From assembly GCF_009834535.1 (NCBI RefSeq), contig NC_045696.1:85934001-85998000 (forward strand): a stretch of 64,000 nt of DNA, in the 5' to 3' direction. The translations under genes and the position numbers were made by a program. Below the pieces are notes generated by a model, which worked only from the letters and a program-made list of their open reading frames with translations, was not told the DNA's origin and did not search any database. Numbering within the stretch: position 1 is the stretch's first letter; each line of letters starts with the position of its first letter. Below, in pieces: positions 25,652 to 38,153 of the stretch. This stretch comes from Camelus ferus (lineage: Eukaryota).

Positions 25652-26181
25652 TGTAATGGCTCATTTTATGTGTCAACTTGAGTAGGTTAAGGGTTGCCCA
25701 CATAGCTGGCAAAACGCTTTATCTGGGTGTGTCTGTGAGGGTGTTTCTGCAAAGGTTAACATTTGAATCAAGACACAGAGCAAAGATCTTTCACATCAGT
25801 GTGGATGAGCATCTATCCCTTGTGGGCCTGAACAGAACAAAAAGGCAGAGGAAGGATTACTTTGCTCTTTTTGCTAGAGCCGGGACATCCATTTTCTCCT
25901 GTGCTTGAACATCAGTGTTCTGGCCATTGAACTTGGACTGGGACTTGCACCCACTGACCGCCTGATTCTCAGGCCTTTGGACTTAGACTGGGACTAAGTC
26001 ATTAGTTCCTCTGGTTGTCAGGACTGTGGACTGGATTACACCACGGACTTTCCTGCTTGCAGGCAGCAGTTTTGAGACCGCTTGGCCTCCGTAACTATGT
26101 GAGACCATTACTATAATATATCTCCTCTTATCTATGTATAGTCTATTGGTTCTGTTTCTCTGGAGAACCCTCACTAATATA
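25652..26181 (+). mobile_element. MLT2 5' LTR of an ERVL provirus
   Basis: 'tgtaatggctcattttatgtgtcaacttga' ... 'ctattggttctgtttctctggagaaccctcactaatata'. Confidence 0.93.
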
Positions 26182-27972
26182 GATTGTGGTATTATTGGCA
26201 GAGGCTCTAGAGGAGCAAAATTTTTTAGGATGATTTTTCTGAATTGTTCTGGGGTTTCTGGAATTGACTCTCAAATATGTTCAGATTTAAAGATGCTAAT
26301 GACTCTATTCCCAGTAGTAAAGAGAGCACTGATGGCCCCTAGTGTGAGCTGTTTATAGGGATACACAAACTATATGTATTGGAAACTCCTAACTAACCAT
26401 TTATATGAAAGGGAGCAGGTTAACTCTGTATATGATACTGATAAGGGTAAATCATAATTTTTCCTATGGCAGGATAATCAAAGACATAAAGAAAAAATAA
26501 CATGCCCCCTTTGTAGTAGGCCTTTCCCAGTGTGCAATGTGCATCGACATTATACATTAACCAGACCTCTTCAAAGCAGAAAGATAAAATCAATCTTTGA
26601 GAAAAATTGATCCCTTTCTTCAGACTCCAGCATTGTAATTTTAAGATTAATATTTCTTTTTTATTTCAAGGAGTCTCATTTACCAAAGGCTTGTTCTGTA
26701 CAAGAATACCATATATAAAAACAAACAAAAACAAAAAAAAAACCCAAACATGGCTTTGATGAATTTTGTGTACAGTGCTAATGTGTCAATATAACACATA
26801 AATCCTGTCTCAAAGGTATATAAAACTGCATCTCTAACTCCTGATCAATGGAACCATTCTCAGAGCTTCCGAGAGTCTGTTTCCTGGGTTATAATCCTCA
26901 GTTTGGCTTGAATAAAATTCTCTTTTCTTTCTTCTTAACTTGACTGGTATTTGATATTTCGTCAGTACTTTCAAGAATTCTTGGAAAAATAAGGAGTGTA
27001 ATGATGTTGGCGGATTGCTGCTAATGTTGCTGGACAAAGGATGAAAGAAAAGGATGAGCTCAGCGCTTTGAATTCCCAGTTCAAGTGTTGCATAAATGAC
27101 CGAAGAGCTTCTCTGTGTGCCTTGAAAGAGAGTCTTATCTCCTGTAACTGCAGGGCTGAAATTGCTGAAAATCAAACACAGACCTTCATCCTCCAATTGT
27201 ATAAATTATGAAAGTTGAACTCTCAGACACACAGGGCAGCCACTGTTCAAGTGAGAGCATAATAGGGGAAGAATGAGGTTCTGTAAGTTAGGTGATGACA
27301 TGTGGGTAAACCCTGAGTAAGCTGGGAATATCGAGCCCCAGAATTTTGATGGACCTTCTCTACCAGTAGAAGAGGTCTCCTTACGTTCAGCAACCGTGGC
27401 CTCCACCACCTCAGGGGAAGTGACCTACATACTTCCTAGTTGTAATGGCCTCCCCACCTACAGTGGGATCTGTCTTCCTTCCCACCAGTCTGTGAGCATG
27501 AAGCCTGCATTGCCTCAGGAAATGGCAGGCTTCCCCTGAGGCAGCTACCGTGCAAGACAGTGCCACCCCCACCACCTCTCTGTGCTTCTGTTACCTGTAA
27601 TTCAAGTCCCAGCAGGTCCCTGAAGGTGAAATACAAAGTATGACCCCTCAGGAGGTGTTCTCACTCCAAAAGAATTACTTGCGTTTTCTAATCTATACAA
27701 GCAGAAATCCAGGGACTGTGGATAGGAATGTGTACTAAGGGTGTGTGATAATGGCAGAAGGAACATAAAGTTGTATTGGGCCAAATTTGGTGACACAAGC
27801 TTACTAAGCAGATCATCTGCTTTTAATGTTAAGGACTAAGGAGTTAGAAAGGGATCTAATAGTTTAATTTCTTGGCTGAAACATGAAGTAAAAGATGGCA
27901 TGCCATGAGCAAATGGTAAATGTCTGACTTCCTTCAGCTTAGTATAGAGAAAGGAATTCAGAAGCTTACGAA
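26182..27972 (+). pseudogene. ERVL internal region: degenerate PBS, leader and disrupted gag
   Basis: 'gattgtggtattattggcagaggctctagagga' follows the LTR; ~27684-27830 translates FSNLYKQKSRDCG*ECVLRVCDNGRRNIKLYWAKFGDTSLLSRSSAFNV, resembling HERV-L/MuERV-L gag; stops present. Confidence 0.88.
26439..26964 (+). mobile_element. ERV1-type solo LTR nested in ERVL gag
   Basis: TG...CA termini, TATATAAAA near 26817, AATAAA near 26911, near-TSD ATAC/GTAC. Confidence 0.85.
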
Positions 27973-28335
27973 GTGGGCATCATCCATTCTATCGGGAAAT
28001 TTTATTCCGTAAAAAGCAAAAAAGCAGAAGAAGGGCAAATTTGTTCTCTTTGCTTGGGCTGGGACATCCATCTTTTCCGGCCTTTGGACATTGACATTCT
28101 TGGTTCTTGGGCCCTCAGACTTGGTCCAGGTCTTAAACCAGTGGCTCCCTGATTCCTGGGCCTTTGAACTCAGACTGAATCATACCAATAGCTTTCTTGA
28201 TTCTCCAGCTGGCAGATGGTAGACCATGGAACTTCTTGGTCTCCACAATTGCATAAGCCAATTTCTATAATAACTCTCCTCTGATGTATACCCATATATG
28301 TCCTCTTGGTTCTGTTTCTCTGGAGAAATAATACA
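27973..28335 (+). mobile_element. MLT2 3' LTR, 5'-truncated
   Basis: 'gtgggcatcatccattc'...'ttggttctgtttctctggagaaataataca', followed by GATTC. Confidence 0.9.
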
Positions 28336-29279
28336 GATTCCTAGACTCATTTCCCACATTGGTAGAAAACTGGAGCTTTACCTCCCGGACTTGGGATATC
28401 AGACAGAATTGAGATCAGGAGGGGAGGTGTCACTGGAAAGAGGGAGATGATGTGAAAATCAGAATAGTTAACAGTGAGATTCCCTTCCATCCTTCCCCTT
28501 CTTGGCTCCCAGAATGCTAGCATCAGGTTTATACCCCCAGGAAAGACTGACAGAAAGTTAAGTTTGTGAAAGGCTCACATTAAAGAGAACTTATGTATGA
28601 ACAGCTCTAATCAGCATGTTAATGCTTCATTTTTTAATGGACACCAGGATCATTTGAGAAAAGCCTCTAACATCAAATACAGAGATGTAAACATGCAAGC
28701 AAAAGAGAATATAGAACGAAATGATGACAATGCAGAGTAGATAAAAAATTACCAAAACAAAAACAAGACAAAGCAAAGACAAAAAACAAAAACCTAAAGA
28801 CACTAAGAGAACAAAAACATGGAAGAAAAAAAAAATTTAATTAGTCTAGAAGCGCCAACATACATTTAATGAAAATTCTAGTGAAAAGAAAACAAGTGGA
28901 GGAGAGAAAATTATCAAAAAATAATACAAATTTTCTCAAACTGAAGGATATAATTTTCTAGATTATTAAGGTCCACCAAATATTCAACATAATGTTTTTT
29001 AAAAGAACCACGCTAAACCAAGCAATCATGAAATTTCAGAACATTGATGACAAAAGGAAAACAAAATCCTCCAGAAGGGAAAAACCTGTCACACATGACT
29101 TAAGAACACATCTCACGCTAAAGATTTTGTATAAAAACTTGTGAATTTGTGGAGGAAAAATGACTAGAATCCAGTATTTCTGATTCTTAGATCCCCATCT
29201 TTTCTATTACAATAAGCTGCCTCCCATCCAAAAGTGCATCCAGTCTTACAATTGAAATTATAATAACCATAGTCATCGA

Positions 29280-29768
29280 TTCTCCAAAACCCATTTCATC
29301 CCAAATGATTCATCTAAGTTATTACTAGTGACCTCTTTTTGTTTTTGCAAATACCTGGCTTAGAAATAGCAGAGTGAACCATTTCTTGCCAATCAGAATT
29401 GAGGCAAAGTACACTAGCTGTCTTCCGGGAAAATTTTCTGTGCCCCAAAATAAGAGACACAAGAAAGAGAGAACCCATAATCTTTTCATACTTGAAAATT
29501 ATTAAGCCATATGCAATGCCTATATCTGGTCAATAAGTTGAAAGAGAAGTAGGCTTAATTAAAGGTAAAACCAAAACAATAAAGAGCAGAGCTGAGAAAT
29601 GGAGTCTGTACCCTCGATGACATCACTGGTTCATCAGCTGAGCCACCTTTGTATCGCGGCCATACCCTTGAAATTCTTGTCAAGTGATATAATAGATTAT
29701 TATATTTCTAAGCCAATTTGATTCATGGTTTTTGCTTATTTATAAGTGAAATCATTTAAACTCACATA
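29280..29768 (+). mobile_element. Old MaLR LTR (MLT1J/K-like)
   Basis: 'ttcttgccaatcagaattgagg', 'ccctcgatgacatc', 'taagccaatttgattcatggttttt'. Confidence 0.6.
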
Positions 29769-30367
29769 GTTATTTTAATATTATCTATCTAGTCTCTCTA
29801 TATGTATTTTCATTTTTCCCACACAGTATAGGATTATGTATAGTTGACTACTGGCCAAAAAAAAAAGACTGAGTAAATAAAATATCGTAATATTCTTGCA
29901 AATTCTACACATTGGAAAAATATATTTCTGATTCAGCTTAATACTTTGATTTTGTCCTATTGGCATACCTAGGTGAATACACTACGTTTAAAGAAATAAA
30001 TCACTGGAAATTGTGAATGCCAGAAAAAAAAATAGGTTGTTTTAGGTCATTTTCAAGTAATTCACTGGCAAAAAATCAAAGCAATTAAGCTCTTTTAAGG
30101 GTATAATTACCTCATATTAGTATTACAAATGTTTTGATAAGCATTAAATGCCTATAAAGTATCTGAACACATTGAATGTCAAATTTTTAAAAGAATGGTT
30201 TTAATAGTATGCATTCCAGGCCTTACCAAAATTGTTGCAGTCATTTAGTACAGGGACAGACAACTCAAATTCCTCCAGGACCAAGTAAATTATATACTAG
30301 TGAAATGGCCTGGCTGATAACAAAGGAATTTTAGAGGATGTAAGGCCTATTTGAAGGAATCAGCTTC

Positions 30368-30706
30368 CTCACACCAGTCAGAATGGCCATCATTAAAAAG
30401 TCCACAAATGATAAATGCTGCAGAAGGTGTGGATTAAAGGGAACTTCCTACACTGTTGGTGGGAATGTATATTGGTGCAGCCACTATGGAGGACAGTATG
30501 AAGGTTCCTTAAAAAACTAAAAATAGACTTACCATATGATCCAGCAATCACACTCCTGGGCATATGTCCAGAGAAAACTCTAATTTGAAAAGACACAGGC
30601 ACCCCAGTGTTCACAGCAACACTATTTACAATAGATAAGACATGGAAATGACCTAAATCTCCATAGACAGATGACTGGATGAAGACGATATATATATACA
30701 CAGTGT
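30368..30706 (+). mobile_element. Young L1 ORF2 C-terminal fragment, no 3' UTR or poly(A), flanked by ATCAGCTTC repeats
   Basis: Highly similar to ~51388-51730 ('ctcacaccagtcagaatggccatcattaaaaagtccacaaatga'). Confidence 0.93.
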
Positions 30707-30939
30707 ATCAGCTTCTGTGTAGTTTAAGCAGAGATTCCAGTTTTCTGAAAGACTTCCTGTAGATTGTTGCTTTGGGGACAATTAATTTCCAATTAGTCAC
30801 ACTTTCTATTATTCATGCCATTATGAAATCATTTCTACAGTAATTCTGGAATTTGTCGTGTAACTTTGCCGAGATGAATATTTTTAAGTGTGAAAACAAG
30901 TAGAGTATTGATACGTGAATAAGTGCTTGCACTTAGGGG

Positions 30940-31219
30940 CAGTTTTCTTACAGGGTTTCCTCTTGGAGCCTCACCACCATGCTGTTCAGCAGCCCTAAAA
31001 GCCGGGTGGAGAGGCCCCCACACAGGCAAACCAAGAAGCACAGTCAGCAGCCCCAGCTGAGCTCACGGTCCTGCCTCTAGACTACTGTCCCGGCCTCTCA
31101 TTCTACACTGTGTGTGAGTGTAAGCACCCGTTCAACTACAGCATTATAGGATATAATAAATTGTTCTTATTCACTAAACATTGAGGTGGTTTATTAGACA
31201 GAAAGAGATCAGCGAGACA
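30940..31219 (+). mobile_element. MaLR LTR fragment (MLT1F/G/H-like)
   Basis: 'tcttggagcctcaccaccatgctg', 'cagccccagctgagctc', end 'gaggtggtttattagacagaaagagatcagcgagaca'. Confidence 0.65.
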
Positions 31220-32089
31220 CTCCTCAGATTCAGATTTTATGTGACCTTTTAATTTTTTTAGATTTCCATTATTCTCACAATGTAGATGGTAAGCAGGATA
31301 AATAGAGAACTTGTTACCTCTAATCTAGTTCAAACTTCCCATTTTACTGAAGAAACTGATGTCTGGGAGGTCCAGTGGTAAGTTCTCAAAATTGGTGGTA
31401 AAGCCAGGCTGTAGTACTATCCTCACAGTCATGTAAGTGCCTTGCATATGTTACTTAGATGAATTCACAAGCCAGTCCCAGACTGGTGGTGAAGTTGAAA
31501 AATACGTAAATCAACAATTATTGTGCACCATACTAAGCCATTTTCAGTGTTTTTCCCATTGTCCAATTCTCCCTACCTAAGAGAATGGTTATCTCAGCTT
31601 GTTGCATAGTAAGTTAAGAAGCAGAAAGATGGCTGGTGGAATTCTAGTGTCAGGCCTAGAGTAGAAGGATCACTTACTTAAATTTTTTGATGGAAGATCT
31701 TTTAAAAATCCACAATGAGTTTAATTTAGAATTCATCCCTTCTACTTCACTAGGAATATCTTGTTTATATTCCATAAATACTGAAATAAACTTCTACACG
31801 TTTACTGTGTTTAAAGGGAAAAAATTCCATTCAGAATACCAATTCTGAAACATACCCTAGCATCTTTCCATTGTGTGTTTCATTTTCAGCATCCTCCTTG
31901 TCAACTAAATGTAAATAATCCAAAGTTCTCCTCCTCACTGGGTCATGAGTCGTGATTTGGAATAGCTTGACAGTCAACAAAAACTGTGGTGAAAGCTTCT
32001 GTTAGGAGACACAAGAGGAGATTAAAGTGCATCCCTGTCAGTCTGCAGAAAAAGAGCATATTGCTCATGGCTGGTTGTTCTCTTTTCAG

Positions 32090-32247
32090 AGGACAGAACT
32101 TGGCAGTAAAATGAGTAGAAGTAAATGGCAGAGGCATGAGGCTGGCAGGGATCTGGCAGCCCCTGCGGAGAGGCTGTCTGCAGATGACATGACAATAACC
32201 ACAGGAGCCGCGTGCCTACTGGCTTCACTGGAGAAACTGATCCAGTG
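32090..32247 (+). other. Candidate internal exon (158 nt) of an unidentified transcript
   Basis: Branch-like GCTCAT, acceptor 'gttgttctcttttcag|', donor 'GTG|gtaaga'; one fully open frame; unique, GC-elevated. Confidence 0.35.
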
Positions 32248-33019
32248 GTAAGAGTCAGGTTTGAGTCTTCAAAGTGGGGGCACTTGGTTACTTGGAAATA
32301 TAAATGAGGGTGTGATTAGAGGCAGGATATTCAGTAAAATGTTTAGAGATGTGTAATTGAGAGCACATAACCTGAGACGGGGAAAAAACTCCTTTACAGA
32401 TAAAACCCCCATTCCATTTATTATAAAATTGATTACAGAGAGAGGTAGTATCTCTCTCTCTTTCTGTCTCTGTCTCTCCCTAGATCACTAGAAGATGTAT
32501 ATGGTGATCACTGGGTCTTTTATTTTTCTTTAATTATTTATTTCTTAATTATTTTTATTTCTTTCATATTTTGTTATATTATTTCAGTTAGGCTTATTTG
32601 AAACAGCTGTCTATGAATATTTAGATGTGAATTAATTTAAAGAGGTATTTTACCAGGGCCTCTGGCCAACCAAATACCACTTCCCACCAAAATATATCCA
32701 GACAATAACCTGAAGTCACCCACACAGGTAGTGGTAGTGAAGTGCAGTGCTAAAGCATGTGCATTTGTATGTACAGAACAGGGTGCAGAGCTGGCTTCTG
32801 TTCTGAGGCTTTACTTATGTTACTGTATTTATTTATGGAAGAGTTAATACTTGTGCTTTCAAGTACCTTGTGAATAATAAGTAATACAACATTTTTGAGG
32901 TGATTTCCTCATTTCCTAAGTTGCATATGATTAAATTTTGAATTTGGCACCAGCTGTGAGATTTGAATATAACCTCATTTACCTTTCAGTGTTTGGTCTG
33001 CTATACAATGGTAGCTCAT

Positions 33020-33545
33020 TTCTGAATTGTAACAACATATAAAGAGTATGATGCAGCATGACCAAGTGGGATTTATCCCAGGAATGCACAATTAGGCTAA
33101 CATTTGAAAACCAATTGATGAAATTTGCCATGTTATCAGAAAAAAATACATAAATTTATCAGTAGATTCAGAAAAAGCATTTGAGAAAATTAAAATTGGT
33201 TTGTAATAAAATCTGTCACTAAACTCAGAATAGAGAGAAGCTTTTCCACATTGCTAAAAGAAAACCACAAAACATCATATGGAATGGTGAAATATCAAAC
33301 ACTTTTCCCCTCAGATGAAAGCAATCATTTTCACTCTAGCACTTCCATCCAACAATCTAGCAGGGCAATAAGTCAGGAAATGTCAATGTAAAGCATCTAT
33401 GTTGGAAAAGAAGTAAAAGCCATTTATAGATGACTTGATAATTAATGTGGAAAATCTGAAAGAATCTGCAGACAAAGCTACAAATGATAATACTAATATA
33501 AAAATGCACAGAAAAATTATTCAGATTCACAGTGGATTTTAGCAG
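33020..33545 (+). mobile_element. Old L1 ORF2 RT-domain fragment
   Basis: 'catgaccaagtgggatttatcccaggaatg' = HDQVGFIPGM; 'tttatagatgacttgata' is a degraded FADD motif. Confidence 0.88.
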
Positions 33546-33679
33546 GTAGATAATTTGATTAAGAATAACTCCACTTAACACTTTTGATGCCGTACTTAAC
33601 AGAAATACTAGAAGGCTTGCAAGGGATTACAAAGCTTCCGCTTATTAATTAATTTTTGTCAGATGTATTACTTATATAA

Positions 33680-33870
33680 TCTCATTTCCTCAAGTGAGAC
33701 TAGGCATTATTTTTCTTAGTTTACAGGTGAGGAAATTGATGTAGAGAAAATTTAAGTTTTCCTAAGTTCATATGGCAAGTAAATGGAGAAGAAAGATTTC
33801 AAATTTGCTATTTTCCTGAATCCACTTTGATTTTTGACTCCAAAGAATTTCTGGAATTATCATTGCTCTG
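33680..33870 (-). mobile_element. MIR fragment
   Basis: 'tttacaggtgaggaaattgatgtagaga'. Confidence 0.75.
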
Positions 33871-36000
33871 CTTTAACACTCACATGTGCACAGACACACG
33901 CACACACATCACAGTTATATTTATTAGTCGATATCCCAGTAGAATAAATAAGTTACATTTGAAGACATTAACTGCATCATAAGTAAAGAAAAAACTAGTT
34001 TTATCTTTTATTTATATATAGTCAAGGAAAAGTTCTACTTAAATAAGAGAGAGAAGATATGTATAGAAAGAGAAAAAAATACACACAGAGACACAAACAT
34101 GCATACACTGATGTGTAGGGGTAGAGTTTTTCTGATTTTGGTCTTTTTACCTTTCTCTATTTTTTAAGTTTATGCTCAGAAAATGACCTAGATTTTGGCT
34201 GTGATCTCCTAGGAAATTTTAAATGACTAGCTTTTTCTGAGCAGATCCATTGTGGAATCAATCCCTGCAAAAGAAATCCATAATTTTATCTTAGAAAATA
34301 GTAACTATTCAGTATGACTCCAATGTAGGCCATACGCTGAGATTAAAACAGGTTTTGATTTTCTTCAGTAGGCAATTGGGAGATATGTCTCAAGCATAGA
34401 ATTGACATGTTCATAAGAGTTTTTAAATGGTAACTCTGATGGTGTTGTTGTCATTTAATCTGGTTGATGAAGAGACTGAGGACCATCAATAAGATATAAA
34501 TAAAACTACAGCCCCAATAATGGCAGGAAGGATGGAGGCGAGTGGATAGATACAAGAGAAAGAGTGTAGATGTAGCAATTTTCAGATAATTTGTATGTTT
34601 TTCGACATAATGTTCTAGAGACAAAGTTTTTTCCAAAGAAAATCCAATACGGGAAATTGTAAGCACCAGAGCATGTTGGTGGGAAGGTGGAGCAATAAGG
34701 GCACTCGAGGGAGCTTTGTGCTACCGTACAAAACAAACCTGACCTTCCACTCATAGCAGTGGGCAGCATGCAACATGGAGAAAATGAAGCAGTCACTCTC
34801 TTGTGCTCTTTGGTTCTTCATACCTATTAGATAGATCTGCGCATCTCTAAACTCCGTTTGTGGGTTAGATTACAGTCGGCTCCAAAATGGTTCCTGGACT
34901 TTAGGCAAGCCCATGTGCCTCTCTAACCCTGGTTCCTGTCTAGCCTAGCCAAAATGTTGTAACAATTAAGTAGTTTTCTGGCAACATTTGAAAAGTGAAC
35001 TAAGTTTGCTTGTAGAATTCAAAGAAACCTTCAAAGAAAGGAGCTGGCTTTTGAGTTGAATATCTAATATTGCATAATTGAATGTTAACAGAAAAGGAAA
35101 TAGGATATTCTAGAGAGAGGAACTATATGAACAAGGTCACACATTGGCTAGCTCTATGGCTACTTAGCAAAAATAATTATTAGATTGAGAGATGCTCGTG
35201 GCTGTGTTTTGATTGGCTCATTCTTACCTCACTGTGTATCATTTTCAGGAGAAATAAATTTGGAGGGAAGGTAGACAATAAGCAAATGTTCTCAATACTT
35301 TAAGTAGGAGATGAGTGATGTTAGAAGGGGATACCGTTGGAGATTATGAAGTTATTGGATTCAAAATATTTGGATTCAAACAGTGGGACAGCTGGCCTCT
35401 TGCAGTTAGCAAGCGGCAAACAGCCCTGAGCTGTCCATTTTTCTACTCTTAGTGGATTTACTAGGGTCTCTTGAAAGAGACTTCTGTTCACTGCCTCTCA
35501 AAAATGTCTGCCACATGATTTTGTTTTCATTTCAACTTTGCTTTGAAGAGGAAACCATCATTTTAATCTATGAGGATTTATTTATTCTAAGCCCATCACC
35601 TACATAAAAAAGGAGACCCTATTGTTACACTTTTTTTCCAGGGAGCTTGGGTTTGCGGCTTTATTTTGGCTCCCAGCTGCCTCTGGGCTCCCCTCCAGAC
35701 TCCAGTAGTAAAGCAGTGCTATTTAGTTGTCTTATCATCCTGGGAGAGTGTTGTCAGGGAGAACAAGCGAGGAGTTTGCAATGAGGCTGCTCTGTGCTCA
35801 CCCTTCCCCCTCAGTCTGCCTCTCCATTCCCAACTTCCCCTCAACAACAGGAGAGCTTGAATACTGCAGATAAGTAGCAGAACTTAAAATCAAGTCCAAA
35901 ATTTTCAACTCCAAACACGAACTTTTTCTGTGAAATACTTAGGGTAACACAAAAGTAAACATGAAGTATAACATATTGTACTAAGGGTAAAGAAAACCAC

Positions 36001-36930
36001 TGTTACAGTTTGAATTGTGCCCCCCCTAAAAAATAGGTTGGGATTCTGACCCTCAGAATATGACCTTATTTGGAAATAGGGTCATTACAGAGGCTAGTAA
36101 GTTAAAATGAGGTCATTAGGGTGAACTTCAATCCAGTATGACTGGTTCTTATAAAAAGGGACAATTTGGGCACAGGTACTGACACTCATACTGGGAGAAC
36201 CACATCTGAAGATTGGAGTAATTATGGCACAAGCCAAAAAGCTATCAAAGCTGGGAGACAGGTTTGGAACAGTCCTTTTCTTAGTTTCTGCAGGGAGAAC
36301 ATGACCCTGATGACATCCTGATCCCTCTTGAGTAGGGAGATAATAAATTTCTGTTATTAAACTGTTACCAAGTCCAAACTCGTTCTGCTTGCCTTACAAC
36401 AGGCCAATAAATCGGGAGATAGGGTGTTGGGGCAAGAAATAACAATGTTATTTGGAAAGCCAGCAGACTGAGAAGATGGCAGACTACTGTCTTGGAGAAC
36501 CATCTTCCCCACATCAGAATTCAGGCTCTTTTTATACTAAAAAGGGGAGGGGGTGTGACTGGTTTTTGCACACTTCTTAGTGTTTGGAATCCTCTGTTCT
36601 TTCAGCTGTCCATATAGGTCAGGTCATGATGTTCCTATAAACCTCCAACAAGATAAATGTTATTCTCTGTCCTGCAACTTTTTATCTCTATATGAATGTA
36701 AAAGTGTTACACCGTTAAAGGTCAGAACCTTGAGAATGAGCTAAACAGTATTTCAGGCTATAGGCAACATTCTTTTACAAAAGGTGCAGAACCAACATGA
36801 CTAACCACAGCAAGCAGAGCACAGGGTTAGAACTAAAGGAATGGATCTAATACAGAGTCAGATTTCTTCCTCCCTGTTGCAAAACCACTCTGTAGTACTT
36901 TGTAATGGCAGCCATAGCAAGCTGAAACAG
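36001..36930 (+). mobile_element. MLT1B/C MaLR solo LTR, split by a nested LTR
   Basis: 'gaattgtgcccccc', 'gaccttatttggaaatagggtc'; resumes at 'ccactctgtagtactttgtaatggcagcc'. Confidence 0.9.
36363..36881 (-). mobile_element. ERV1-type solo LTR (519 bp) with 4-bp TSD AAAC
   Basis: TG...CA termini; AAAC at 36359-36362 and 36882-36885; minus-strand TATAAAA near 36530. Confidence 0.88.
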
Positions 36931-37511
36931 GCACCTAACTTTTCCTTAATCTTATTATAAACTTTTCTTGAATTCACCTATTTTGTAGATTCTAGTAATT
37001 CCATATATTGTTTAGCTATTAATCTACTATCAATGTAGCAAGCATTTTAAATCAATTCCAATACAAATTAATAATGCCACAAAACTAGTTTTCCAATATG
37101 GCAAGATAATTTTTTGAGATATTAACTTGTATGTGTTCTACTCACAGCTTCCTGTTACAGGAGTATAGCCAGAAATGTTATATTTTTTTTGTCTCAAGAG
37201 AATGGATGGCATAGGATCTTAGAACTTAGAAAACATAAACCAACTAAAGATGTATCTCTTACAGTCATTTGTGAGGGCCTCGTCTCATTGAGATCATAGG
37301 TGGTAAGCCAGAGAGGAAGGAAAAGAGAGAGAAGGGATATATTTCCCACAGTCAGGGTTAATAAAGATGTCTATGGTTTGCAGATTAGCAGGGAATTTCA
37401 TCTCTTTGAAGAGCTGTTGAGAAAGAAAAAAACTCATTATGGAATGTTGTGCAGGTAAGTGGGTTAAGTGAAGCCTAAATGAGGTTCCTAACCTCATTTA
37501 AGATATCCATG

Positions 37512-38153
37512 TGTGATAGGTAGAATTCTAAAGATGTCCAGGAAGAGTCTCGTCCCCTGATAACTTGCTCAAACAGTAATATGGGTACTGCTATGAAGTG
37601 ACTTTGCAGATATAATTAAGGTACCGGCTTTAAAATAGGGAGATTATCCTTTGTTAACTGGGTGAGTCCCATCTAATCACATGAGAGCTTAAAAGCAGAA
37701 AGAATCCTTTGGCTGGAGTCAGACAGATGTGGCAGAAGATAAAGGTAGAAGAAAAAGTGGGAAAGGGAATCTATGAGTGAGAAGGATTTGACTATACTTG
37801 TGGCTTTGAGATGCAGCGCCTATGTTCAAGTACCTGGGTGATACCCTAGGAGCTAAGCACAGCCACCAGCCACCAGCCAGCAAGGATAACGAACCTCAAT
37901 TTTATAACCACAAGGTACTGGATTCTACCAATAACTTGACTATGCTCAGAAGCATACTATTACTGAGGATCCCAAAAAGAAACCAGCCATCTAACACCTT
38001 GATTTTGGTCTTGTGAAACCTGGAGTAGGGAAACCAGCCAAACCAACCTGGATTGCTGAACTACAGAATTGTGCGAGTATATTATGTATTATGTGTATTA
38101 TTTTGACTTTAGTTTGTGGTACTTTGTTATGGCTGTAATAGGAAACAAATACA
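37512..38153 (+). mobile_element. MLT1E-like MaLR solo LTR
   Basis: 'tgtgataggtagaattctaaagatg'...'aataggaaacaaataca'; near-TSD CCATG/TCATG. Confidence 0.9.

Larger units (their letters stand above)
25440..29095 (+). mobile_element. Ancient L1/HAL1-type 5' region and ORF1 remnant hosting the ERVL provirus
   Basis: ORF1-like text 'ccaacatacatttaatgaaaattcta', 'ttttctcaaactgaagga', 'atcatgaaatttcagaaca'; left boundary uncertain. Confidence 0.55.

Noticed and set aside
26834..27196. 120-aa minus-strand ORF
   Set aside because: Antisense to ERVL gag and the nested LTR, and crosses their insertion junction.
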